Below, one piece after another: positions 49,289-61,876 of a stretch of 64,000 bases of DNA. The position numbers and the translations under genes were made by a program. The stretch's first letter is position 1. Every line of letters begins with the position of its first letter. The stretch covers positions 16,120,001 through 16,184,000 of the forward strand of contig NW_027362765.1 of NCBI RefSeq assembly GCF_046119375.1, read 5' to 3'. The notes below the pieces were generated by a model. It did no database searches. It saw nothing but the letters and a program-made list of their open reading frames with translations, and was not told the DNA's origin. The DNA comes from Phyllobates terribilis. Lineage: Eukaryota.

Positions 49289-52200
49289 TTTTTAAATCAG
49301 ATACATTTTTATTCATTTAAAGATAGAATAATAAAATACATCTTCAGTACAATAATTTCCCATTTTCTTATTATCAAAAAGAACCCCTCACCCACCCCCC
49401 CTCCCCTTTTACGGACTACAATAAACCTTTATCGTTATATAAAATATGGTTCAACATCTTATAATCATTACAATGTATTTTATAATGTAATGTAATCACC
49501 GGATTCTTTCCTCCAAAAGCATTAACACACCTTCCATGGTGCCCATAGGTTGTCAATGAGTTTGGCGTTTTTCCTTTTTAAATACATTTTTTCCTCCATC
49601 CGTACCACATAATCCACCTGCCTTATGTACTCCTGTCTAGAGGGAGGCTCCGGTCGCACCCAATACCTAGCTATTACTTTCCTAGCTGCATATAAGAGTC
49701 TGGCAATTGCCAGTTTTGCGACATCATTCCCCACAAGTTTCTCCACATATCCCAGCAAGCAAACCACTGGATCCCTAGGAATTATACAATGATACCGTCC
49801 TTCAATTAGGCCAGCTACTTCAGACCAATAGTTTGCAAGTTTTGGGCAACTCCACATAACATGTAGTATACCGGCAGTTTCTGACCCACATCTCGGGCAG
49901 TCCGAATTCTCCCGTACCCCTATCCTGAACAAAAAATCAGGTGATCTATATGCTCTATGTACAAGAAGTAGTTGGGACATTCTGGCAGGTTCATTTAGAG
50001 ACAACCTAGGGATATATTCCAAAATGGACTCCCACCTGTCATCTTCAATGGTACCAACATCTGCTTCCCACCTTTCCCTCGCAAAAACAGGATAGTTCAA
50101 TAGAAAGGTGTGAAGCAGATCAGCATACACCTTAGATATGACGCCTGCTGTACATCCCCCCATACAAATATAGTCAATAACGATATCCTTTTGAACAGAC
50201 AGGTTCCTGATTTTCCTTTGCTTAATGAACGCATGCTTAACCTGTGCATACTGATAGCTGTGTCTGTCTAATAAATGAAATTCCTCTTTCAGCATCTCCA
50301 AGGTTTTGATGTTTTGGTTCTCCATCAGTTGGTAAATATACTGTATACTCCTTGCCACCCATCCTCTCAGCTCTTCTATTTTATAAAATTCACCTAAGTT
50401 TTCGTTATCCCAAATAGGAGTATACATAGACATTCCCACTATGCCTCTAATCTTCTTCACCCTCGTCCACAATTTATGGACAAAGCCACAGGTCGGGTAC
50501 GACCTGCCTATCTTCCCAAAAAGTCCCGACTCTAGGCTCACTACCAATGGACTCTTTTTAAGATCAACTTCCAAAACCGCCTGGATAGTCCCCTTCGCCG
50601 CCCTCCGTGCCCACCCTCTAATATGCTGGGACTGTGCTGCCCAAAAATATATCCACGGGTTTGGTAGGGCGAGACCCCCCTCTTCTTTCGGCCTCTGGAG
50701 AGTCTCCAGCTTAATCCTAGGTTGTCCTCCACCCCAAACCAGATCCCTAAATATTGAATTAATACGCTGGAACACAGACCGAGGAATCCACACAGGGGAG
50801 TTATGTAAAACATATAGCAATTTGGGCATCAGCACCATTTTAAGAAGACTGGTGCGTCCCACCACCGAGAGGTGCATTTTGCTCCATGTAGATGCTTGAT
50901 CTTTTAATTTCCCAATTATCGGGTATACATTCAACTGAAGGTACTCCTTTACTGGTAGTGTTATTATAATTCCAAGATATTTAAACTCTAGTTCAACATC
51001 TAAGCCATCTAGGGTATCTAATTCCATAATATGAGATTTATCTCAATTAATTTGCAGCCCAGATAACAGGCCAAATCTATTGATGATAGCTATTGCACCA
51101 TGTAATGATGCCTGAGGGTCCTGTAAGAATAATAGAATATCATCTGCGTACAACGCTATCTTCTCCGCAACCATTCCATACCGAAATCCCTTTACCATGT
51201 CTGACTGTCTCATTACAGAAGCCAGTGGATCTACGGCCAGGGCAAATAACAGCGGGGAAAGGGGGCAGCCCTGTCTGGTTCCTCTTGCCATATCAAATTT
51301 ATCTGATCGTTCCCCATTTATTCTTACTCTAGCTACCGGGCGTGTGTACAATAACTTTACCCAGGCCATTAAAACCGGAGCAAATCCCATCAATTGGAGA
51401 ACTCGCCAGAGATAGCCCCACTCCACTCTATCAAAGGCCTTCCGTGTGTCCAGTGAGACCACAACTCTATGCCCAGCATTGTCAGCGGCCAATTGCATGT
51501 TAAAAAATAGTCGCCTCAAGTTAATGGCCGTTGATCTAGCCGGCATAAAACCTGACTGATCTGAGTGTATAACACTAGAAACTACACGGCTTAGTCGGTT
51601 AGACAATACTTTAGCTAAGATTTTAATATCAGCCAGTAGTAGAGATATGGGTCTATACGAATCTGGCTGTGTCCGGTCCTTATCCGCCTTGGGCAAAACC
51701 ACTACTGTAGCCTCCCGCATTGACTCCGGTAATTCTCCCACCTCCAGAAACACATCCTTCAATTTTGGCAATAGTACATCTCTAAGATGTTTATAAAATT
51801 CTGTTGGTAGGCCATCCGCTCCTGGGGCTTTATTATTTGCCATTGAAGCCAGAGCTTCCTCCATCTCCTCCGCCGTCAGGGGGCCTCCCAAGCTATCCCT
51901 AGCCTCCTCACTAAGTTTAGATATCTGGGTTCCCCTCAAGAATTGGTCTATATCATCTCCCGTATTACTTAACTTAGAATTATATAGATCACTATAGAAG
52001 TCCTTAAACACCCTCAAGATATCTCGCGTTTCAGTGACTAAGGTGCCAGTGGGATCCAGGAGACCATATATATATCCCGGTTCTCTCTGCGCTGCCGCTA
52101 TAATAGACAACAGGTGGCCAACTTTTTCACCTTCTTCATAAAGGCAATTTTTCGAAATTCCCTCTTTTTTTCCCCACTGGCCAGAAATATTTTATCCACC

Positions 52201-53418
52201 CCTTTTTGAGCTTCCCTCATGATCTGTTGCGCCTCTACGGTGGGGTTAAGCACCAATTCCTCCTCTGCTCTCTTCAGCACGGCCAATGCCTCTCTTTCCT
52301 CCATTCTGTTCTGATTTTTACATCTGGAGATATCTCAAATCAGTAAACCCCTAACATATGCCTTCATTGTGTCCCACACAGTTCCTATGGCTGTACTTCC
52401 CACATTATTCTGGAAGAATTCCTCCACTTCTCTGGCTATTTTCTGAATATCCACCATTTCCAGCCATACTGGGTGAACCTTCCATTCTTTCAGTCCACCG
52501 CCCCCACATATACCTGACCTCAGCTCTACCAACAAGGGACAATGATCAGAGAGTATCCTAGGTAGATATTCAATATGCATAATGTTTTAGTCAATCATCC
52601 CATTTCCCAGGGCTAGGTCTATTCTAGACATAGAGCTGTGTGTCGAAGAGTAGCACGAGTATGTCCTCACTCCCACATGTCTCACTCTCCACAAATCTAT
52701 CAGGCCCACCTCTGACACATACTTAGCAAAGGGTGTCTCCTCTTCTCCGTCATTTCTTCCCGGTTGCCTATTAGTTTTGTCCCAAATTATATTCATTATG
52801 TTGTTAACATCCCCAATCAGCAACACAGGAATCCCTGTCCAATGCCTCGTGAGCTCTATAATCTCCTGCAGTTTCGTCCCAGTATATGGCGGTGGAAAAT
52901 ATACTGCCACACGCAATATAATTTGCCATAAAGTCTGCAAACTAGAAAAATGTATTGCCCGTCTTTATCTATTTTAAGCTCAACCTCCTCAAACGGAGTC
53001 CCCGCATGCACCTGGATAGAAACCCCCCTTGCATATGCAGAATAGGTAGAATGGTATGCTCTTTGAACCCACTTCCTCGCTAAAAAAACTATTTTGTCCC
53101 TTGTCAGGTGTGTTTCCATAAGGCAGATAATGGAGGGCCCTTGAGCCATAATATTTTGGAGAATAGTGGCCCGTCTCTTATGGTCCGCCAAACCACGTAT
53201 GTTCCAGCTTAATACCTTAACCATACCCGCTATTATTTATCAGAATCAATATCTGTGTATATAACCACATCATACAGTGCCCCCCATGCCGTCCACCCCC
53301 CCCATACCCCAAACCAAAAACTCTTCTAACTCTTCTAACCATCCCTGTCACCTCCAATCCGCCTCCCAATTTGTCGTTCCGTTCTCTCTCTCTATCCGAG
53401 AGTGGGTGAATGAAACCA
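49289..53418 (-). mobile_element. L1-clade LINE, 5'-truncated just upstream of ORF2, ORF2 frameshifted (49522-53224)
   Basis: APE endonuclease (SWNIRG, SDHCP), RT (QGCPLSP, YADD), C-terminal CPRC..H..WSC and poly(A); 13-15-bp TSD gagaaatgacatgtt (49274-49288, 53419-53433). Confidence 0.92.
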
Positions 53419-54234
53419 GAGAAATGACATGTTAAGAGAGGGCTACACAGATCTATGGACTGCAGCAATGATCTGGATGTGAGAATATGTGTATATAGTA
53501 AGGTCTAGTTAGTTGTAGCTGATATAAACACATTTAAAGAATACAAGTCCACTATAGTAGTTTTAAATTGTCTTGACCACTTTTAATCAAAAATAAATAA
53601 AAGTTATCTTTTAGCATATCCCTTAAATAAGGTCCTTTTACCCTTTGGGTAATATGTTGTGTAAAAATTTTTGTCCCTAAAGGGGAGCTAGCACCTTGAC
53701 ATGATTATACTCCCATTTCCTCTGGGGACTGCTTCTGCGACGTCTGCTTCTGTCACCAGGTGCCGCCTTATTCATTCTACAGGCGGCGCTGGTGATGGAG
53801 AAGATGTCAGAACCAGAAGGTCTAGGCGGTTCATGCTCTGTCTAGCCACTAAGATTAGGCTGCCTGGGACCAGTGGTACAGCGAGTCTGGTCGTATGGGT
53901 GTGTGTGCTGTCCAGTTGAAGTAATCAGCTCCCTGCTTCAGCCAACTGGAGATCACCACACCCTACTAAATCTCAAAGAATAGTGCTGGAAACTGACAGA
54001 TACAGCCTTGCTCTCCTGTGGTTCAGTCCTCTGTGCTAAGCTCCCAGCTTGTGTATTTGTTTCCTGTTGTGACCCCGGCCCGTTTACTGACTACTCTTGT
54101 GTCTTCTGATTTTGTATTTTCTCTGCCCTTCTGGTTCTGACCTGGCTACCTGACTATTCTTCTTCCCATCTCACTCCACAGAACAGCAGATAACACCGTG
54201 GCCCAAGACTAGGGGTCTCTGTATAAGTCTAGAT

Positions 54235-54419
54235 CAGTGTTTCCCAAACTCCAGTCCTCACGGCCCCACACAGGTCATGTTTTCAGGATTTCTATAGTGC
54301 TGCACAGCTAAGAGAATTACTGATGCCTTGATGATACTTCCACCACCTAGCCAATGCTAAGAAAATGCTGAAAACATCAGCTGTAGGGGTCCGTGAGGAC
54401 TGGAGTTTGGGAAACACTG
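54235..54419. mobile_element. hAT MITE
   Basis: TIR cagtgtttcccaaactccagtcctcacgg and its inverse; perfect TSD gtctagat. Confidence 0.88.
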
Positions 54420-55688
54420 GTCTAGATCCATAAAGAGGGGTTAAAGGGTGATGGGCTAAACTGTGACTATAGACAATAACACATCGACTGAAATGATCAA
54501 GCTGAACAGTCTTATTCAGTAAAAAAAAAAAAAAAAAAAGAGACTAACTAGTGGTGAAACCTCTCTGGGGTAATTAGAGTATGGGGCTCGGTGGCTTTTG
54601 GCAATTTAGACTATCATAAGGTGTATTAAATTTAAATCTCGGGCATTTGGAAGAGGTAATGGAGACTTTCTTTTATTTATTTTTTATTTAAGATTACCAG
54701 GTAGTTACAGAGTCACATAAGTGAGGCAAACCGATCCCACCACAATCAAACTATCATTGTCAGGTATTCCACAGAAACAACACCGGGGAGATTATGCAGT
54801 ATCTCGCCGTTGCCGTCACTCTGTCAGGATTTCGTCAGGGATACACGAGCACACGACCCCGACTACTCACTACGTAGGTATCGGCAAGCGACCAGTGAGC
54901 ATATGGCGTCACACCTTCGGATTCCAATGCATGGAATATGTATATACGCCCCCCGTACGGTCACTGTCAGCTTCACGATAGACCAATTATTATTATTCTC
55001 TGCCACCACCATCCAGATTTGAAATATAATACAGGCCTGGCCGAACACCTGCGTTCTGGTAGCATATATGGCTTCGGGGGAGGGAACGATTACAGGACAA
55101 AAGAAACAGGACTATTAAATTTTATATTTAATCCAAAAGGGAAGCAGTGTTATGAAAAATATACAAGATTTTACAAATGGACATTTACAATACAGAATAG
55201 ACAGTTACATAAAATAAACAGGATTACAGAAGAAACTTACTATAGAGTTTGTAGGGACGAATCAGTATAGCTGGAAAAGGGGCTCCCCAATTTGATTTGA
55301 GCGTTATCGAACGCCATTGTTGCTTATAGTATCTATACCCCCCTGGCAAAGAATGCTCATCTATCCTCTGTGGACTCTTTTATGCATAAGGGAAGATTTG
55401 CCCACACACCCCTGTGCTGACATCACAGGGCTGGACTCTAACCTGCACATTTAATTTAATATATCTGTTTTTTGGGATAACTTATCACTGGTTGATCCCA
55501 GAAGCCCAAAAGTGATACCATATTTTCTATTATGATTTTACCTTCATTTGGAGACCACACATGGCGTAGCTGCGATCCGTTATTCTGGTGCTCTTGCGCT
55601 ACAGCTCCCTGGAGGGGCTTACGGCTTTGAAACAATAAACATCTTGTTCCTTGGCTGACCCTGCCACTAAAAATATGGGTCCCCTTAG

Positions 55689-55940
55689 ATAGTATTTAAG
55701 GTTGAAGGAAGGCTAAGTCCATCTAGTTCAACCCATAGCCTAACAGGTTGATCCAGAGGAAGGCAAAAAAACCAATGTGGCAAACGCTAAGCTCCACATT
55801 GGGGAAAAAATTCCTTCCTGACTCCACATACGGCAATCAGACTAGTTCCCCGGATCAACGCCCCCATCAAGGAATCTAGTATATGTAACCTGTAATATTA
55901 TATTTTCAAGAAAGGCATCCAGGCCCTTCTTAAATTTTAG
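55689..55940 (-). mobile_element. CR1 LINE 3' end (last ORF2 codons and 3' UTR)
   Basis: Reverse complement reads LKFKKGLDAFLE, continuing the frame from 61891. Confidence 0.8.
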
Positions 55941-58900
55941 ACAATGTGAACTGAGGTCTAAGATGGCAGACATACAAGAAACAGAGGCATGTTCACACTA
56001 GCAAAAAAGAAGCAAGACAAAAATATATCTCATACCCTACCATAATTATATATAAATGTAAAGCAAAGTTGCATAATAAATATAGGGTACTTAGTGAACT
56101 ATTTTTGATCAAAAAAAGTATACAAGCCGTCCCACCAGTGGCAAGGTGACCCTAAATTGGGACGGTACCTATACTGCCTATATTAAAAACCTTACTGTAT
56201 ATCAAAGTTGAAGTAATGCATATAAAAGGGTAGACAAATAGGACCGGGTCCCAACTCCAGACCACCTAGGCCCGTGGTAAGCTACATATATACCAATCAG
56301 CTCAACAAAGGGCATGCCACACCCTTAAATTGCACAGAATGCAAACAAGTCAAAAAACCAGACAATGTGAACTGAGGTCTAAGATGGCAGACATACAAGA
56401 AACAGAGGCATGTTCACACTAGCAAAAAAGAAGCAAGACAAAAATATATCTCATACCCTACCATAATTATATATAAATGTAAAGCAAAGTTGCATAATAA
56501 ATATAGGGTACTTAGTGAACTATTTTTGATCAAAAAAAGTATACAAGCCGTCCCACCAGCGGCAAGGTGACCCTAAATTGGGACGGTACCTATACTGCCT
56601 ATATTAAAAACCTTACTGTATATCAAAGTTGAAGTAATGCATATAAAAGGGTAGACAAATAGGACCGGGTCCCAACTCCAGACCACCTAGGCCCGTGGTA
56701 AGCTACATATATACCAATCAGCTCAACAAAGGGCATGCCACACCCTTAAATTGCACAGAATGCAAACAAGTCAAAAAACCAGACAATGTGAACTGAGGTC
56801 TAAGATGGCAGACATACAAGAAACAGAGGCATGTTCACACTAGCAAAAAAGAAGCAAGACAAAAATATATCTCATACCCTACCATAATTATATATAAATG
56901 TAAAGCAAAGTTGCATAATAAATATAGGGTACTTAGTGAACTATTTTTGATCAAAAAAAGTATACAAGCCGTCCCACCAGCGGCAAGGTGACCCTAAATT
57001 GGGACGGTACCTATACTGCCTATATTAAAAACCTTACTGTATATCAAAGTTGAAGTAATGCATATAAAAGGGTAGACAAATAGGACCGGGTCCCAACTCC
57101 AGACCACCTAGGCCCGTGGTAAGCTACATATATACCAATCAGCTCAACAAAGGGCATGCCACACCCTTAAATTGCACAGAATGCAAACAAGTCAAAAAAC
57201 CAGACAATGTGAACTGAGGTCTAAGATGGCAGACATACAAGAAACAGAGGCATGTTCACACTAGCAAAAAAGAAGCAAGACAAAAATATATCTCATACCC
57301 TACCATAATTATATATAAATGTAAAGCAAAGTTGCATAATAAATATAGGGTACTTAGTGAACTATTTTTGATCAAAAAAAGTATACAAGCCGTCCCACCA
57401 GCGGCAAGGTGACCCTAAATTGGGACGGTACCTATACTGCCTATATTAAAAACCTTACTGTATATCAAAGTTGAAGTAATGCATATAAAAGGGTAGACAA
57501 ATAGGACCGGGTCCCAACTCCAGACCACCTAGGCCCGTGGTAAGCTACATATATACCAATCAGCTCAACAAAGGGCATGCCACACCCTTAAATTGCACAG
57601 AATGCAAACAAGTCAAAAAACCAGACAATGTGAACTGAGGTCTAAGATGGCAGACATACAAGAAACAGAGGCATGTTCACACTAGCAAAAAAGAAGCAAG
57701 ACAAAAATATATCTCATACCCTACCATAATTATATATAAATGTAAAGCAAAGTTGCATAATAAATATAGGGTACTTAGTGAACTATTTTTGATCAAAAAA
57801 AGTATACAAGCCGTCCCACCAGCGGCAAGGTGACCCTAAATTGGGACGGTACCTATACTGCCTATATTAAAAACCTTACTGTATATCAAAGTTGAAGTAA
57901 TGCATATAAAAGGGTAGACAAATAGGACCGGGTCCCAACTCCAGACCACCTAGGCCCGTGGTAAGCTACATATATACCAATCAGCTCAACAAAGGGCATG
58001 CCACACCCTTAAATTGCACAGAATGCAAACAAGTCAAAAAACCAGACAATGTGAACTGAGGTCTAAGATGGCAGACATACAAGAAACAGAGGCATGTTCA
58101 CACTAGCAAAAAAGAAGCAAGACAAAAATATATCTCATACCCTACCATAATTATATATAAATGTAAAGCAAAGTTGCATAATAAATATAGGGTACTTAGT
58201 GAACTATTTTTGATCAAAAAAAGTATACAAGCCGTCCCACCAGCGGCAAGGTGACCCTAAATTGGGACGGTACCTATACTGCCTATATTAAAAACCTTAC
58301 TGTATATCAAAGTTGAAGTAATGCATATAAAAGGGTAGACAAATAGGACCGGGTCCCAACTCCAGACCACCTAGGCCCGTGGTAAGCTACATATATACCA
58401 ATCAGCTCAACAAAGGGCATGCCACACCCTTAAATTGCACAGAATGCAAACAAGTCAAAAAACCAGACAATGTGAACTGAGGTCTAAGATGGCAGACATA
58501 CAAGAAACAGAGGCATGTTCACACTAGCAAAAAAGAAGCAAGACAAAAATATATCTCATACCCTACCATAATTATATATAAATGTAAAGCAAAGTTGCAT
58601 AATAAATATAGGGTACTTAGTGAACTATTTTTGATCAAAAAAAGTATACAAGCCGTCCCACCAGCGGCAAGGTGACCCTAAATTGGGACGGTACCTATAC
58701 TGCCTATATTAAAAACCTTACTGTATATCAAAGTTGAAGTAATGCATATAAAAGGGTAGACAAATAGGACCGGGTCCCAACTCCAGACCACCTAGGCCCG
58801 TGGTAAGCTACATATATACCAATCAGCTCAACAAAGGGCATGCCACACCCTTAAATTGCACAGAATGCAAACAAGTCAAAAAACCAGACAATGTGAACTG

Positions 58901-61876
58901 AGGTCTAAGATGGCAGACATACAAGAAACAGAGGCATGTTCACACTAGCAAAAAAGAAGCAAGACAAAAATATATCTCATACCCCACCATAATTATATAT
59001 AAATGTAAAGCAAAATTGCATAATAAATATAGGGTACTTAGTGAACTATTTTTGATCAAAAAAAGTATACAAGCCGTCCCACCAGCGGCAAGGTGACCCT
59101 AAATTGGGACGGTACCTATACTGCCTATATTAAAAACCTTACTGTATATCAAACCTTAAAGGTTTTTAATATAGGCAGTATAGGTACCGTCCCAATTTAG
59201 GGTCACCTTGCCGCTGGTGGGACGGCTTGTATACTTTTTTTGATCAAAAATAGTTCACTAAGTACCCTATATTTATTATGCAACTTTGCTTTACATTTAT
59301 ATATAATTATGGTAGGGTATGAGATATATTTTTGTCTTGCTTCTTTTTTGCTAGTGTGAACATGCCTCTGTTTCTTGTATGTCTGCCATCTTAGACCTCA
59401 GTTCACATTGTCTGGTTTTTTGACTTGTTTGCATTCTGTGCAATTTAAGGGTGTGGCATGCCCTTTGTTGAGCTGATTGGTATATATGTAGCTTACCACG
59501 GGCCTAGGTGGTCTGGAGTTGGGACCCGGTCCTATTTGTCTACCCTTTTATATGCATTACTTCAACTTTGATATACAGTAAGGTTTTTAATATAGGCAGT
59601 ATAGGTACCGTCCCAATTTAGGGTCACCTTGCCGCTGGTGGGACGGCTTGTATACTTTTTTTGATCAAAAATAGTTCACTAAGTACCCTATATTTATTAT
59701 GCAACTTTGCTTTACATTTATATATAATTATGGTAGGGTATGAGATATATTTTTGTCTTGCTTCTTTTTTGCTAGTGTGAACATGCCTCTGTTTCTTGTA
59801 TGTCTGCCATCTTAGACCTCAGTTCACATTGTCTGGTTTTTTGACTTGTTTGCATTCTGTGCAATTTAAGGGTGTGGCATGCCCTTTGTTGAGCTGATTG
59901 GTATATATGTAGCTTACCACGGGCCTAGGTGGTCTGGAGTTGGGACCCGGTCCTATTTGTCTACCCTTTTATATGCATTACTTCAACTTTGATATACAGT
60001 AAGGTTTTTAATATAGGCAGTATAGGTACCGTCCCAATTTAGGGTCACCTTGCCGCTGGTGGGACGGCTTGTATACTTTTTTTGATCAAAAATAGTTCAC
60101 TAAGTACCCTATATTTATTATGCAACTTTGCTTTACATTTATATATAATTATGGTAGGGTATGAGATATATTTTTGTCTTGCTTCTTTTTTGCTAGTGTG
60201 AACATGCCTCTGTTTCTTGTATGTCTGCCATCTTAGACCTCAGTTCACATTGTCTGGTTTTTTGACTTGTTTGCATTCTGTGCAATTTAAGGGTGTGGCA
60301 TGCCCTTTGTTGAGCTGATTGGTATATATGTAGCTTACCACGGGCCTAGGTGGTCTGGAGTTGGGACCCGGTCCTATTTGTCTACCCTTTTATATGCATT
60401 ACTTCAACTTTGATATACAGTAAGGTTTTTAATATAGGCAGTATAGGTACCGTCCCAATTTAGGGTCACCTTGCCGCTGGTGGGACGGCTTGTATACTTT
60501 TTTTGATCAAAAATAGTTCACTAAGTACCCTATATTTATTATGCAACTTTGCTTTACATTTATATATAATTATGGTAGGGTATGAGATATATTTTTGTCT
60601 TGCTTCTTTTTTGCTAGTGTGAACATGCCTCTGTTTCTTGTATGTCTGCCATCTTAGACCTCAGTTCACATTGTCTGGTTTTTTGACTTGTTTGCATTCT
60701 GTGCAATTTAAGGGTGTGGCATGCCCTTTGTTGAGCTGATTGGTATATATGTAGCTTACCACGGGCCTAGGTGGTCTGGAGTTGGGACCCGGTCCTATTT
60801 GTCTACCCTTTTATATGCATTACTTCAACTTTGATATACAGTAAGGTTTTTAATATAGGCAGTATAGGTACCGTCCCAATTTAGGGTCACCTTGCCGCTG
60901 GTGGGACGGCTTGTATACTTTTTTTGATCAAAAATAGTTCACTAAGTACCCTATATTTATTATGCAACTTTGCTTTACATTTATATATAATTATGGTAGG
61001 GTATGAGATATATTTTTGTCTTGCTTCTTTTTTGCTAGTGTGAACATGCCTCTGTTTCTTGTATGTCTGCCATCTTAGACCTCAGTTCACATTGTCTGGT
61101 TTTTTGACTTGTTTGCATTCTGTGCAATTTAAGGGTGTGGCATGCCCTTTGTTGAGCTGATTGGTATATATGTAGCTTACCACGGGCCTAGGTGGTCTGG
61201 AGTTGGGACCCGGTCCTATTTGTCTACCCTTTTATATGCATTACTTCAACTTTGATATACAGTAAGGTTTTTAATATAGGCAGTATAGGTACCGTCCCAA
61301 TTTAGGGTCACCTTGCCGCTGGTGGGACGGCTTGTATACTTTTTTTGATCAAAAATAGTTCACTAAGTACCCTATATTTATTATGCAACTTTGCTTTACA
61401 TTTATATATAATTATGGTAGGGTATGAGATATACTTTTGTCTTGCTTCTTTTTTGCTAGTGTGAACATGCCTCTGTTTCTTGTATGTCTGCCATCTTAGA
61501 CCTCAGTTCACATTGTCTGGTTTTTTGACTTGTTTGCATTCTGTGCAATTTAAGGGTGTGGCATGCCCTTTGTTGAGCTGATTGGTATATATGTAGCTTA
61601 CCACGGGCCTAGGTGGTCTGGAGTTGGGACCCGGTCCTATTTGTCTACCCTTTTATATGCATTACTTCAACTTTGATATACAGTAAGGTTTTTAATATAG
61701 ACAGTATAGGTACCGTCCCAATTTAGGGTCACCTTGCCGCTGGTGGGACGGCTTGTATACTTTTTTTGATCAAAAATAGTTCACTAAGTACCCTATATTT
61801 ATTATGCAACTTTGCTTTACATTTATATATAATTATGGTAGGGTATGAGATATATTTTTGTCTTGCTTCTTTTTTG
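55941..61876. repeat. 421-bp tandem array arranged as a giant inverted repeat (7.6 copies then 6.5 inverted copies), inserted with a TSD
   Basis: Unit starts at 55941, 56362, 56783, 57204, 57625, 58046, 58467 and 58888; inversion at 59141-59158; cttcttaaattttag at 55926-55940 and 61877-61891. Confidence 0.95.

Noticed and set aside
53670-54480. Solo LTR-like sequence hosting the MITE at 54235
   Set aside because: Composition is suggestive and it ends in CA, but I could not fix a TG start with a matching TSD.
54720-55680. Short ORFs and CpG-containing segment
   Set aside because: No recognisable domain, termini or repeat partner; left unannotated.
59608-59646. HDV-like or twister ribozyme in the 421-bp unit
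   Set aside because: GUCCCA/UGGGAC resembles HDV P2, but only 23 nt separate the strands, too few for the nested pseudoknot; the twister-like GGUCCCAA lacks its partner motifs.
55941-61876. CRISPR array, rDNA/5S or snRNA tandem cluster
   Set aside because: Units are near-identical with no unique spacers, the context is eukaryotic, and I recognised no rRNA, tRNA or snRNA sequence.
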